Part shown: piece by piece, positions 29,542 through 39,933 of the stretch
Layout of the letters: each line of letters starts with the position of its first letter
How positions within the stretch are numbered: position 1 is the stretch's first letter
Assembly: GCA_942492805.1 (NCBI GenBank)
Contig: OW818643.1
Coordinates: forward strand, 1,072,715-1,136,714
Length of the DNA: 64,000 nucleotides
Origin: an uncultured Pseudomonadota bacterium
GTDB taxonomy: Bacteria > Pseudomonadota > Alphaproteobacteria > Micropepsales > Micropepsaceae
Direction: 5' to 3'
Notes under the pieces: model-generated
What the model was told of the DNA's origin: nothing
Databases searched by the model: none
What the model saw: only the letters and a program-made list of their open reading frames with translations
Translations under genes and position numbers: made by a program

Positions 29542-32500
29542 TCGGCCGGCTCCGGGGCCTCTTGGCCGCCTCCGCTGCGCACCCGGCGGCGGGCGCGCCA
29601 GGCGCGGAAGTCGGCGCCCAGCCGGTCGAAATAAATGTAGATCACCGGGGTGGTGAACAAAGTGAGCAACTGGCTGACCAGGAGGCCGCCCACGATGGAA
29701 ATGCCCAGCGGATGGCGCAATTCCGAGCCCATGCCGGTGCCCAGCATCAGCGGCAAGGCACCGAACAGCGCCGCCACCGTGGTCATCAGGATGGGACGGA
29801 AGCGCAGCAGGGCCGCCTGGTGGATGGCCTCGGTGGGCGACTTGCCCTCGTTGCGTTCCGCATCCAGCGCGAAGTCGATCATCATGATGGCATTCTTCTT
29901 GACGATGCCGATCAGAAGAATGATGCCGATGATGGAGACGATGTTGAGGTCGTGTCCCGAGATCATCAGCGCCAGCAGCGCGCCGACGCCCGCCGACGGC
30001 AGGGTGGACAGGATCGTGATGGGGTGGATGAAGCTCTCATACAGAACGCCCAGCACGATATAGACGGTGATGATGGCCGCCAGGATCAGGAGGATCTGGT
30101 TGCCCAGCGCCGCCTGGAAAGCCAGGGCCGAGCCCTGGAACTGGGTGGTGACCCCCGGGGGCGCCGTCATCTCGCCTTGCGCCTCGCGGATCGCTTCCAC
30201 CGCCGTGCCCAGCGCGGTGCCGGAAGCCGTGTCGAAGGAGAAGGTGGCGGAAGGGAACTGCCCCAGATGATCGATCTGCAGCTGGGTGGTGCGCTGCTCG
30301 ACCTTGGCGATGGCCGACAGCGGCACCTGCCCGCCGCCGGAGGTCGGCAGATAGATGTCGTTCAGCGACTGCACCGAATTGTGCACGGCCGGATCGGCCT
30401 CCAGGATCACGCGATACTGGTTGGACTGGGTGAAAATGGTGGTGATGATGCGCTGGCCGAAACTGTCATACAGCGCATTATCGATGGTCGCCGCCGTGAC
30501 GCCGAAACGCGCCGCGGTGTCGCGGTCCACCACCAGATAGGCCGACAGGCCCTTGTCCAGGAACGAGGTCGAGACGTTGCGGATTTCCGTCACCGCGCGC
30601 AGCCTAGTCAGAAGCTGGGGCACATAGTCGTTCAGCGCGGCTTGCGTGGCGGCCTGCAGCACGAACTGGTACTGGGCGCGACTCACCACCGAATCCGTCG
30701 TCAGGTCCTGCACCGCCTGCAGGTAGAAGGTCATGCCCGGCACGCTCTGGGCATGCTGGTTCAGCCGCTCCATCACCGCCTGCACGCCGTCGCGGTCATG
30801 CTTGGGCTTGAGGTTGATCAGGATGCGGCCCGCATTGAGCGTATGGTTGCTGCCATCCACCCCGATGAAGGAGGACAGGCTGGCGACATCGGGGTCCTTC
30901 AGGAAGGTCTCGGCCAGCTTGCGCTGGCGCGTGGCCATGGCGTCGAAGCTGGTGGTGGGACCGGCCTCGGTGATCGCCTGGATGAAGCCGGTGTCCTGCA
31001 CCGGGAAGAACCCCTTGGGAATGGCGATATAGAGCACCACGGTCAGCACCAGCGTCGCCACCGCCGACAGCAGCGTCAGGCGCTGATGCTTCAGCACCCA
31101 GATCAGCAGCCGGTCATACCCGGCCACCATGCGGTCGTAATAATACTCGGTGCGGCGCTGGAAGCTGTTCTCGCGCTTGGCTTCCGCGCTATGGCTGCGC
31201 AGCAGCTTGGCGCACATCATCGGCACCAGGGTCAGGGACACCACCGCCGAAATCAGGATGGTGATGGCCAGGGTCACGGCGAATTCGCGGAACAGCCGGC
31301 CGACCACCTCCTGCATGAACAGCAGGGGAATCAGGACCGCGATCAGCGAAACGGTCAGCGACACGATGGTGAAGCCGATCTCGCCCGCGCCCTTCATGGC
31401 GGCGTTCCAGGGCGTCTCGCCCTTCTCGATGTAGCGGGTGATGTTCTCGATCATCACGATCGCATCGTCGACCACGAAGCCGGCGGAAATGGTCAGCGCC
31501 ATCAGCGACAGGTTGTTGAGCGAATAGCCCAGCAGGTACATGGCGGCGAAGGTGCCGACGATGGACAGCGGCACCGACAGCGACGGAATGATGGTCGCCG
31601 GCACGTTGCGCAGGAAGACATAGATCACCAGCACCACCAGCAAGACCGCCAGCATCAGTTCGAACTGCACGTCCGAGACCGAGGCGCGGATGGTCTCGGT
31701 GCGGTCCGTGAGCGTGACCACATCGACCGAGGCCGGCAGGCCCGCCTTGATGACGGGCAGCAGTTCCTTGATGGAATCCACCACCGCGATGACATTGGCG
31801 CCGGGCTGGCGCTGCACGTTGATCAGAACGGCGGGGCCGTTATTGGCCCAGCTCGCCAGCTTGTTGTTCTGCGCCCCGTCCACGACATTGGCGACATCGC
31901 GCAGATAGACCGGCGAGCCATTGCGGAAGGCAACCACGATACTGCGGTAGTCCTCGACGCTCTGCAGCTGGTCGTTGGAATTGATGGTGTAGGACTGGAA
32001 GGCGCCGTCGAAGCTGCCCTTGGGCGAATTGGAATTGTTGTTCGACACCGTGGTGCGCAGGTCGTCGATGTTCAGACCCAGCGCGGCCAGCTTCTGCAGA
32101 TTGGCCTGCACCCGCACCGCCGGGCGCTGACCGCCCGAAATGCTGACCAGGCCGACGCCGGAAAGCTGCGAAATCTTCTGGGCGATGCGGGTTTCCGACA
32201 GGTCCACCAGCTGGGTGATGGGCAGGGTGCGCGACGATACCGCCAGCGTGATCACCGGCGCATCGGCGGGATTGACCTTGTTGTAGATCGGCGGCGCCGG
32301 TAGCGAGCCGGGCAAGAGGTTGGATGCGGCGTTGATCGCCGCCTGCACTTGTTGTTCGGCGATATCCAGGCTGAGCGCCAGGTCGAACTGCAGCGTCACC
32401 ACGGACGACCCGGCCGATGATACCGAGGACATCTCCTTGAGGCCCGGCATCTGGCCGAACTGCCGCTCCAGCGGCGCGGTGACCGAGGTGGCCATCACCT

Positions 32501-32714
32501 CCGGGCTGCCGCCGGGCAGGAAGGTCTGGACCTGGATGGTGGGGTAATCGACCTGCGGCAGGGCCGACAAGGGCAGGAACTTATAGCCCGACAGGCCCAC
32601 CAGCAGGATGGCGATCATGAACAGCGTCGTGGCTACGGGCCGCCGGATGAAGGGCGCGCTGGGATTGGCGCCGCCGGCGGAGTCGCCAGTGGTCTGGACC
32701 GGGTCGTCGCTCAA
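29538..32714 (-). CDS. mdtB: Multidrug efflux RND permease, MdtB-like
   Basis: ..[46 protein letters not shown].. The start is uncertain. TTG 32714 overlaps the adaptor stop (TTGA). The GTG at 32813 would add an Arg/Pro/Trp-rich off-frame-looking extension. Confidence 0.75.
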   Translation of the reverse strand: MSDDPVQTTGDSAGGANPSAPFIRRPVATTLFMIAILLVGLSGYKFLPLSALPQVDYPTIQVQTFLPGGSPEVMATSVTAPLERQFGQMPGLKEMSSVSSAGSSVVTLQFDLALSLDIAEQQVQAAINAASNLLPGSLPAPPIYNKVNPADAPVITLAVSSRTLPITQLVDLSETRIAQKISQLSGVGLVSISGGQRPAVRVQANLQKLAALGLNIDDLRTTVSNNNSNSPKGSFDGAFQSYTINSNDQLQSVEDYRSIVVAFRNGSPVYLRDVANVVDGAQNNKLASWANNGPAVLINVQRQPGANVIAVVDSIKELLPVIKAGLPASVDVVTLTDRTETIRASVSDVQFELMLAVLLVVLVIYVFLRNVPATIIPSLSVPLSIVGTFAAMYLLGYSLNNLSLMALTISAGFVVDDAIVMIENITRYIEKGETPWNAAMKGAGEIGFTIVSLTVSLIAVLIPLLFMQEVVGRLFREFAVTLAITILISAVVSLTLVPMMCAKLLRSHSAEAKRENSFQRRTEYYYDRMVAGYDRLLIWVLKHQRLTLLSAVATLVLTVVLYIAIPKGFFPVQDTGFIQAITEAGPTTSFDAMATRQRKLAETFLKDPDVASLSSFIGVDGSNHTLNAGRILINLKPKHDRDGVQAVMERLNQHAQSVPGMTFYLQAVQDLTTDSVVSRAQYQFVLQAATQAALNDYVPQLLTRLRAVTEIRNVSTSFLDKGLSAYLVVDRDTAARFGVTAATIDNALYDSFGQRIITTIFTQSNQYRVILEADPAVHNSVQSLNDIYLPTSGGGQVPLSAIAKVEQRTTQLQIDHLGQFPSATFSFDTASGTALGTAVEAIREAQGEMTAPPGVTTQFQGSALAFQAALGNQILLILAAIITVYIVLGVLYESFIHPITILSTLPSAGVGALLALMISGHDLNIVSIIGIILLIGIVKKNAIMMIDFALDAERNEGKSPTEAIHQAALLRFRPILMTTVAALFGALPLMLGTGMGSELRHPLGISIVGGLLVSQLLTLFTTPVIYIYFDRLGADFRAWRARRRVRSGGGQEAPEPAE

Positions 32715-34195
32715 CGGCCGCCACCACCACGGCGGCCGCCGCCGGCCTGGCGCATCTGCGACATGGCCCGCGAACAGTCGGCGCTGAGTTCGTCGCGGTT
32801 GCGGAACAGGCACATGCGGGTCGCGCGCGCATCGGTGGCATCGGCGCAGGTCTTCTTGATGTCGGCGCTGCAGGCCTTGTTCATGGCTTCCTGCAACTGG
32901 GCCCGGCGCGCCGCGCGCACCGCCTCATCGCCGCCGCCGCCCGAGGGCGCGGCGATCTGGCCTTTCAGATCGGGGACTTCGACATCGGCGCCGTCGCGCA
33001 GGCGGTCGGCGCCGTCCACCACCACCGTGTCGCCGGCGCGCAGGCCCGACAGGATTTGCATCTTGTCGCCGTCCTGGATACCGATCTTCACATTGCGCTG
33101 GGTGACGGTCTTGTCGGGGCGCACCACAAAGACATAGGCGCCATCGGCGCCGCGCTGCACGGCCGGTACCGGCACGGTGGTCTGATTTTTCAGCGTGTTG
33201 ACCAGCAGCCGCACGTTCACGAACTGGGCCGGGAACAGCCTGCGGTCCTTGTTGTCGAACATGGCGCGCAGCTTGACCGAGCCGGTGGCGGGATCGACCA
33301 CCGTATCCACCGCCGACAGCACGCCCGAGGTGATCTTGTTGGTCTGGCTGCGGTCGTAAACGTCAACCGGCAGCACGGCGCCGGAATTCACCCGCTCCAG
33401 CACGGTGCGGATATTGTCTTCGGGGATCGTGAACAGCACCGACATGGGATCAAGCTGGGTCACCACCACGATGCCGTTGGACTGGCCCGCCGACACGATG
33501 TTGCCGATATCGACCAGATGGATGCCGGCGCGGCCATCCACCGGCGAGACGATGTTGGTGTAACCCAGGTTGATGCGCGCGGTCTGCACATTGGCCTGGT
33601 CGGAAATGATGATGCCTTCGGTGGATTTGACCAGCGCTTCCTGCGAGGAAACCTGCTGGGCGGCGATGGCGTTCTGCGCCTGCAGCGACTTGTAGCGTTC
33701 CAGGTCCACCCGCGCATTGGTCAGCGTCGCCATGTTGCGCGCGAGCTGGCCGCGCACCTGGTCCAGCGCCGCCTGATAGGGGCGCGGATCGATCTGGGCC
33801 AGCACGTCGCCGGCCTTGACCATCTGGCCTTCGGTGAAATTGATCTTGATCAGCATGCCGCCGACCTGCGGCCGCACCGTGGCGGTGGTCAGCGGCGTCA
33901 CCGTGCCCAGCGCGTTGAGGGTGATGTTGACGTCGCCCGACAGTGCCCGCGCCACGCCCACCGGCTGCGCACCCTGATTGATCATGCCACGGCGGCCCTG
34001 GTTCTTGGCCGGATAGATCGCCCAGATCAGCAGCGCCAGAAGCGCCAGGCCCAGGCCGAACCACACCACGCGCGACAAACGCGGATTGGCGCCCGACCAG
34101 CGCTTCACGCCGCTCCAGGCGCGGCCCATGCGTCCCTGGCCCGCGAGAGGCTCGGAACGCCGGAATTCATCACGAGAGCGGTCGATGTTCATCAC
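32711..34195 (-). CDS. mdtA: RND periplasmic adaptor, MdtA-like, with a ~85-aa Cys-rich / Gly-Arg C-terminal extension
   Basis: TM anchor [19 protein letters not shown] motifs ([30 protein letters not shown]; [11 protein letters not shown]). The C-terminal tail reads ..[47 protein letters not shown]. Confidence 0.8.
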   Translation of the reverse strand: MMNIDRSRDEFRRSEPLAGQGRMGRAWSGVKRWSGANPRLSRVVWFGLGLALLALLIWAIYPAKNQGRRGMINQGAQPVGVARALSGDVNITLNALGTVTPLTTATVRPQVGGMLIKINFTEGQMVKAGDVLAQIDPRPYQAALDQVRGQLARNMATLTNARVDLERYKSLQAQNAIAAQQVSSQEALVKSTEGIIISDQANVQTARINLGYTNIVSPVDGRAGIHLVDIGNIVSAGQSNGIVVVTQLDPMSVLFTIPEDNIRTVLERVNSGAVLPVDVYDRSQTNKITSGVLSAVDTVVDPATGSVKLRAMFDNKDRRLFPAQFVNVRLLVNTLKNQTTVPVPAVQRGADGAYVFVVRPDKTVTQRNVKIGIQDGDKMQILSGLRAGDTVVVDGADRLRDGADVEVPDLKGQIAAPSGGGGDEAVRAARRAQLQEAMNKACSADIKKTCADATDARATRMCLFRNRDELSADCSRAMSQMRQAGGGRRGGGGR

Positions 34196-34389
34196 AGATA
34201 CTTCCGTCGCAAAAAGCCGGTTCAGAAACGCAATATGATCGAATGGGTTAGCACCGCGAAGCTGAACCCGCGATGAACTTATAGCGCAACGAATGAGGCC
34301 TCATATAGACGCCAAGCCGTTGGAAATTTTGTCGAAATTGTGCCGGACAGGGCTTGGTAGATGCGAACGAGTCGCGCTATGGCGGGAGC

Positions 34390-34938
34390 ATGCTTCCCGA
34401 CATCCTCCAATGGTCAGCCCAATTCGCCCAGGACGCCCGCATCTGGGTGACGCAGACGGCGCAGGCGCATCCCCACTGGTGCTTTCCCATCGCCTTCATC
34501 GTGGCCTTCACCGAATCCTTTGTCGGCCTGGGTGTCCTGGTCCCGGGCTTCGCCATCCTGGTGGCGCTGGGCGGGGTGATCGGCGCCAGCGACATCAGCC
34601 TGTTTCCCGCCATCGCCGGCGCGATACTGGGCGCCCTGTGCGGTGACGTAATCTCCTGGGGCCTGGGCCTGCGCTACCACCACCAGATCCTGCATGTCTG
34701 GCCCTTCCGCAAGTTCGAGGCGCAGCTGGAAAAGGCCCTGCATTTCTTTCACCGCTGGGGTGCCTGGGCGGTGTTCTTCGGCCGCTTCCTGGGGCCCTTC
34801 CGCGCCACCGTCCCCCTGGTGGCGGGGATGTCCGAACTGGAGTTTCGCCGCTTCATGGCGGCCAGCATCGCCTCGGCGGTGATCTGGGCCTTCGCCCTTC
34901 TGGGCTTTCCCGCCTTTGCGGCCCGTTTTGCGCTATAA
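34390..34938 (+). CDS. DedA/VTT-family inner-membrane protein
   Basis: GGGAG precedes ATG 34390. Motifs FTESFVGLGVLVPG and GDVISWGLG, with 4-5 TM segments. Confidence 0.75.
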   Translation: MLPDILQWSAQFAQDARIWVTQTAQAHPHWCFPIAFIVAFTESFVGLGVLVPGFAILVALGGVIGASDISLFPAIAGAILGALCGDVISWGLGLRYHHQILHVWPFRKFEAQLEKALHFFHRWGAWAVFFGRFLGPFRATVPLVAGMSELEFRRFMAASIASAVIWAFALLGFPAFAARFAL

Positions 34939-35190
34939 GTAACTGATTATATTGTAATATTTCTCGATACCGCGTCTCTGGCCATCAACAATTGGCCCCG
35001 GGCCTGTAATGCCCCTGCACGGCCAGCCCAAAATGGGACCGCCGGGTTGGGTTAACCCGCGCACCGTGCCGGTTAACCAGCGTTTTTGGGCGATTTTCGT
35101 CCCAAAATAGCGCTCAAAGCCCCCTTTTCGCTGGCCTGTCTCCTGCAACGAACGACCCGAAGCCCAACGGCCCCAGGGTTGAACGTGAGC

Positions 35191-35865
35191 ATGCAGGACA
35201 CTTCCGAGACGATGATGAAGGCGGTTTTCCCCGCCTTTGACGGCTTCGCCCTGACGTCGGCCGACACCCAGGCCGACAGCCTGGACGCCAAGCGCATCCT
35301 GGATATCACCGCTTCTCTGCTGCTGATCCTTTTGCTCAGCCCCCTGCTGGCGCTGGTCACCATCGCGGTGATGCTGGATTCGCGCGGCCCCCTGCTGTTC
35401 GCGCAGCGCCGCACCGGCCTGAACGGCAAGACTTTCCCGATCCTGAAATTCCGCTCCATGCATGTGATGGAAGACGGCGCCGAAGTGAAGCAGGCCGCCA
35501 AGGGCGATGCCCGCATCACCCGCGTCGGCCGTGTCATCCGCAAGTTGAGCCTCGACGAACTGCCGCAGCTCTTCAACGTGCTGTCCGGCGACATGTCGCT
35601 GGTCGGCCCGCGCCCCCATGCGGTGGCGCATGACGAATATTATGGCGGCGAGATCGCCAATTACATCGTGCGCCAGCAGGTCAAGCCGGGCATCACCGGC
35701 TGGGCGCAGGTGAATGGCGCGCGCGGCGAAACCCCGACCATCGCCCACATGCAGGCCCGCGTCGATCTGGATGCCTGGTACGTCGAAAACACCAGCCTGG
35801 CGCTCGATCTGCTGATCCTGGCGAAGACACCGCTGGAAGTGCTGCGCACACGGAACGCCCACTGA
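35191..35865 (+). CDS. Polyprenyl-phosphate glycosyl-1-phosphate transferase (bacterial sugar transferase, ExoY/WbaP C-terminal type); EPS initiating enzyme
   Basis: KRILDITASLLLILLLSPLLALV..GPLLFAQRRTGLNGKTFPILKFRSM..DELPQLFNVLSGDMSLVGPRP..KPGITGWAQV. Confidence 0.85.
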   Translation: MQDTSETMMKAVFPAFDGFALTSADTQADSLDAKRILDITASLLLILLLSPLLALVTIAVMLDSRGPLLFAQRRTGLNGKTFPILKFRSMHVMEDGAEVKQAAKGDARITRVGRVIRKLSLDELPQLFNVLSGDMSLVGPRPHAVAHDEYYGGEIANYIVRQQVKPGITGWAQVNGARGETPTIAHMQARVDLDAWYVENTSLALDLLILAKTPLEVLRTRNAH

Positions 35866-36713
35866 TGAACGCCCTCGCCCACATCCTTCCGCTTGCATAT
35901 GAAGCGCCGAAATCTCAGGCGCTGACCCCGGCCAATGACTCCTACACCGAAGTGACGGTGGGCGGTCTGGCCACCGCCTGCCTGTCGCGCGATGGCCTGG
36001 CCCGCATGATGCTGCAGGACTGCCTGGACGCACGCACCCAGGACAATCCCCATCCCAAGCTGGTCTTCGCCTCCAACGGTCACGCCATCGCGCTGGCCGC
36101 CCAGGACGAAGCCTTCCGCTTCACCTTCGAACAGGCCGATATCATCCATGCCGACGGCCAGGCCGCGGTCTTCGCCTCGCGCCTTCTCACCAAGACCCCG
36201 ATCCCCGAGCGCAGCGCCACCACCGATTTCATCCATGACGCCTCGAAAGTCGCGGCCGAGCACGGCCTGCGCTTCTTCATGCTGGGCGCCACCGAGGAAG
36301 CCAATGCCGAAGCGGTGCGCGTGCTGCGCGAAACCTATCCCGGCCTCCAGATCGTCGGCCGCCGCCACGGCTATTTCGGCCGCGACGAGGAAGATGAAAT
36401 CTGCGACGAGATCAACCTGACCCAGCCCGACGTGATCTGGGTCGGCCTGTCGGTCCCCACCGAGTATGAATTCGCGGTCCGCAACAAGACCCGCCTCAAG
36501 GCCGGCTGGCTGGTGACCTGCGGCGGCTGCTACAACTTCGTTACCGGTGCCTATAAGCGCGCCCCCGAATGGATGCAGGCCACCGGGTTGGAATGGCTGT
36601 TTCGCCTGGTAAAAGAGCCCAAAAGGCTGTTCTGGCGCTATGCCGTGACCAATCCGCTGGCGATATTTTTACTTTTAACCCGCACTAATTCCCCAAGCGC
36701 AGCCGCGCTTTAG
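35865..36713 (+). CDS. WecB/TagA/CpsF-family (GT26) glycosyltransferase
   Basis: ATG overlaps the upstream TGA (TGATG). Motifs ADIIHADGQAAVFASRLL, FFMLGATEE, VIWVGLSVPTEYEF, GGCYNFVTG..RAPEWMQATGLEWLFRL..EPKRL. Confidence 0.8.
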   Translation: MNALAHILPLAYEAPKSQALTPANDSYTEVTVGGLATACLSRDGLARMMLQDCLDARTQDNPHPKLVFASNGHAIALAAQDEAFRFTFEQADIIHADGQAAVFASRLLTKTPIPERSATTDFIHDASKVAAEHGLRFFMLGATEEANAEAVRVLRETYPGLQIVGRRHGYFGRDEEDEICDEINLTQPDVIWVGLSVPTEYEFAVRNKTRLKAGWLVTCGGCYNFVTGAYKRAPEWMQATGLEWLFRLVKEPKRLFWRYAVTNPLAIFLLLTRTNSPSAAAL

Positions 36714-36723
36714 AGGGCTTTTC

Positions 36724-38028
36724 ATGACCATCGCCCCGGCGATCCCGGACGTCGCAGCGCCTGCAAAGGACGCGGGACGGTTTGCGCGTCTGCTCGCCAC
36801 CACGGGCCGCTACACCCTGTCGGCCTCGGGCCCGGTGGCGACCTCGGGCGCGCATTTCCTGATCAGCTTCATCTTCATGCGCGAGATGTTCGCGCACCAG
36901 TTCGGCCTGTTCTCCTTCGTGATGGTGATCGTGCCCTTCTGCATGAGCATGATCGCCGCCGCCCTGTCGCTGCCCATCACCCGCAGCCTGGACAAGGCGG
37001 GCATTCCGGACGCGGACATCGTCGCCACGTCGCTGAAGCTGAACATCCTGCTGTCGGTTGTGGCGACCTTGATCGTCGGCGGCGCGCTGCTGTTCATCGG
37101 CGCGCCCCAGAGCGTGGCGCTGATGATGGGGCTTTATGGCGGGGTGATGAGCTGCCGCTGGTTCCTGCGCTGCTTCGCCAACAATCAGGGCCTGGTCAAA
37201 CGCGCCGTTGCCTCCGACCTGATCTATGCCGGCGGCCTCCTGGCCGCCATCGCCTTCATGGAACTGACGCAGCATGTCGATCTGACCACCGGCGCGACAC
37301 TGATGCTGGTGTCGGCGCTGGTGGGCCTGGCGCCGTTCGGTTTCAAGCTTTTGGTGCGCGACCATCTGGCGTCCCTGCGCCATGGCAGCCTGGCGGCTTA
37401 CGGGCTTACGTTCCGCGATCTCACCCGCTGGTCGCTGCTGGGCGTGGTGCTGACCGAGGTCACAGTCAACGCCCATGCCTATCTGGTCACCTTCCTGTCC
37501 GGTCCGGGACCCTTTGCTCTTTTGGCGCTCGGTCAATTGCTGATGCGGCCCATCTCGCTGGTGCAAGGCACCCTACCCGATATCGAACGCCCGGTCATGA
37601 CCCGTGCCATCAAGGCGGAAGACGAAGCCAAGCTGTCGCGCGTCACACGCGAATTCCGCCTGGCGCTGCTGGCGGTGTGGCTGGGCACCGTGGCGCTGGC
37701 GGCGGGTCTGTTGCTGTGGGTCCCGGATTTGCTGCTCAAGAATCACTATGCGGCCAAGGATGTGATCCAGGTCACCGCCATCACCGCCGCCATCATGCTG
37801 GCAAGGAATTTCCGCGCCCCGCTGGGTACGCTGTTGCAGGCCGCAGGCGAGTTCAAGGCGCTGGCCAAGATCAGCTCCCTCACCAGCGTGATCTCCATTC
37901 TGGCAACGCTGGCGCTATTGTTGACGCTGGGCCCGATCGCCTCGCTGGGCGGCATCCTCTTGGGCGAACTGGTGACCTGGTATCGCTGTCACCGCCTGGT
38001 GGCGCAGTGGCGGGCCCGTCATGCGTGA
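36724..38028 (+). CDS. Polysaccharide flippase-like membrane protein (Wzx/MOP superfamily)
   Basis: 434 aa with about 12 predicted hydrophobic segments and no soluble domain. Lies within the EPS operon. Family assignment rests on architecture only. Confidence 0.55.
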   Translation: MTIAPAIPDVAAPAKDAGRFARLLATTGRYTLSASGPVATSGAHFLISFIFMREMFAHQFGLFSFVMVIVPFCMSMIAAALSLPITRSLDKAGIPDADIVATSLKLNILLSVVATLIVGGALLFIGAPQSVALMMGLYGGVMSCRWFLRCFANNQGLVKRAVASDLIYAGGLLAAIAFMELTQHVDLTTGATLMLVSALVGLAPFGFKLLVRDHLASLRHGSLAAYGLTFRDLTRWSLLGVVLTEVTVNAHAYLVTFLSGPGPFALLALGQLLMRPISLVQGTLPDIERPVMTRAIKAEDEAKLSRVTREFRLALLAVWLGTVALAAGLLLWVPDLLLKNHYAAKDVIQVTAITAAIMLARNFRAPLGTLLQAAGEFKALAKISSLTSVISILATLALLLTLGPIASLGGILLGELVTWYRCHRLVAQWRARHA

Positions 38029-38917
38029 CCGCGTCGTCCTTTGCGTTCCGACCTACAAGCGCCCGGTGATGCTGCGCCGCCTGCTGGACGCCGTCGCCGC
38101 GCTCAAGACCGATGCCGACCTGCGGGTTCTGGTGGCGGACAATGACGCGCAGGATCATGCCGGTTTCGATCTGTGCAACGCCATGACGGGTTACCGCTGG
38201 CCGTTGACCGCCGTGATCGCCCACAAGCGCGGCATCGCACAGGTCCGCAACACGCTGATTGAAGAGGCGCTGAAGACCGACGCGGATTTCATCGCCATGA
38301 TCGACGATGACGAATGGCCCGCCGCCGACTGGCTGGACCACTTCCTCAGCTGCGCCCACCAAACCAAAGCCGATGTGCTGCAAGGTTCCATCCTGTTCGG
38401 CATCGGCACGGGGCTCGAAGGCCATGGCGACATCCGCCATGCGTCGGGACCGATTTCCATGCTGCAGGGCGCCGGCAATCTTCTGATCCGCCGCGCCGTG
38501 GTGGAAGAAATGACCGCGCCCTGGTTCGATCCGGCTTTCGCCTTGTCGGGCGGCGAGGACCGCGAATTCTTCGTGCGGCTGCAGCGCGCCGGCAAGCGCT
38601 TCGCATGGTCGGACGAAGCCCGCGCCCATGGCGACATTCCCGATACCAAGGACAATCTGGGCTGGCTGTGCCGCCGGGCCTATTCGGTGGGAAATTCCGA
38701 CATGCGGGTGCTGATGAAGCACGGCTTTGAACACGGCATCGCGATGGAAGTGGCCAAGATCCTGGGCGCCGTCGCGCTGTCGCCGCTGGCGGCCCTGGCG
38801 CTGGCCGCCAGCCCGCGCCGCGCAGTGCCGCTGCAAAAGCTGTTTCGCGCCCTCGGCAAAGGCGCCGCGCTTCTGGGCGCCCGTTACAACGAGTATTCCG
38901 TGGTCCACGGCCAATAG
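38021..38917 (+). CDS. Glycosyltransferase family 2
   Basis: VVLCVPTYKRPVML.., VADNDA, MIDDDEW (DxD). The start overlaps the flippase stop by 8 nt. Confidence 0.8.
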   Translation: MRDRVVLCVPTYKRPVMLRRLLDAVAALKTDADLRVLVADNDAQDHAGFDLCNAMTGYRWPLTAVIAHKRGIAQVRNTLIEEALKTDADFIAMIDDDEWPAADWLDHFLSCAHQTKADVLQGSILFGIGTGLEGHGDIRHASGPISMLQGAGNLLIRRAVVEEMTAPWFDPAFALSGGEDREFFVRLQRAGKRFAWSDEARAHGDIPDTKDNLGWLCRRAYSVGNSDMRVLMKHGFEHGIAMEVAKILGAVALSPLAALALAASPRRAVPLQKLFRALGKGAALLGARYNEYSVVHGQ

Positions 38918-38979
38918 GGCTGCCGCGTTAAGACGCCGGTAAGCCTTCCATTAACCCGCAAGGCCTAGGATGGGCCGCC

Positions 38980-39933
38980 ATGGCCCCGTTCTTCAGCGTC
39001 ATCATTCCGGTCTACAACCGCGCCGTCGCGCTCAAAAGCGCGATTGAATCGGTGCGCGCCCAGAGCTGCCAGGATTTCGAGATCGTGGTGGTGGATGACG
39101 GCTCGAAGGACGATCCGCGCGCCGTGGCAGACTCGTTCGACGACCCGCGCATCCGTTTCTTCCGCCAGGACAACAAGGGCGGCGGCGCAGCGCGCAACAC
39201 CGCGCTGGACATGGCGCAGGGCCGCTTCATCGCGCCCCTGGACTCCGACGACATTTTTCTTCCCGAGCATCTCGCCCGGATGAAGACGCTGCTGGACGGC
39301 ACCGCCAACCTTGTGGGTTATGCCCGCATGCGGGTGGACCGCGGCGAAGGCCGGGTCTTCCTAAAGCCGCCGCGCGCCATCGGCGCGAACGAGGAAATGG
39401 CGGCCTACTTGCTATGTGACCGCGGCTTCGTGCCGACCATCACCATCGCGGTGGAACGCAGCATGGCCCAGCGCGTGCGCTATCACACCCGCCTGATCGC
39501 CGCCGAGGACACCGACTTCGCCATCCGCCTGTCGCTGGCGGGTTGCCGCTTCGCCATGATCGAGGATGCCGGCGCGGTGTGGAAAGACATCGCCGATCCG
39601 GATCGCGCCAGCGCCGGCAAGGGCCGCGACGATCTGGGCGCCTGGCTGAACCAGATGAAGCCGCTGATTTCGGCGCGCGCCTATCATGGCGGGCGCGGCT
39701 GGGCCTATGCCAAGCTGGTGGCGCCGGAGCGCCCTTGGCGCGCGCTGGGCCTGTATCTGAACGCGGTGCTGCGGGGCTGTTACCGCCCGCCGCTGGCCAT
39801 TGTCGTGTTCCTGCAGATATTCCTGGGCCGTAGCGGCTATCGCCGCATCGCCGATCAGGCGATTTCCTGGCTGCGCATGGGCCTGCGGGAGAAAGAAAAT
39901 CCCGCGCCCGCGCGAAGGGCGGAACAGGCGTGA
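38980..39933 (+). CDS. Glycosyltransferase family 2
   Basis: FSVIIPVYNRAVALKSAIESVRAQSCQDFEIVVVDDGSKDD..ARNTAL..PLDSDD. Confidence 0.85.
   Translation: MAPFFSVIIPVYNRAVALKSAIESVRAQSCQDFEIVVVDDGSKDDPRAVADSFDDPRIRFFRQDNKGGGAARNTALDMAQGRFIAPLDSDDIFLPEHLARMKTLLDGTANLVGYARMRVDRGEGRVFLKPPRAIGANEEMAAYLLCDRGFVPTITIAVERSMAQRVRYHTRLIAAEDTDFAIRLSLAGCRFAMIEDAGAVWKDIADPDRASAGKGRDDLGAWLNQMKPLISARAYHGGRGWAYAKLVAPERPWRALGLYLNAVLRGCYRPPLAIVVFLQIFLGRSGYRRIADQAISWLRMGLREKENPAPARRAEQA

Noticed and set aside
32714-32813. Longer GTG-initiated N-terminus for the MdtB-like RND ([33 protein letters not shown]..)
   Set aside because: It is Arg/Pro/Trp-rich with an off-frame look. It overlaps 100 nt of the adaptor gene, whose frame there encodes a structured Cys-repeat. 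A TTG overlapping the adaptor stop gives a normal-length N-terminus.
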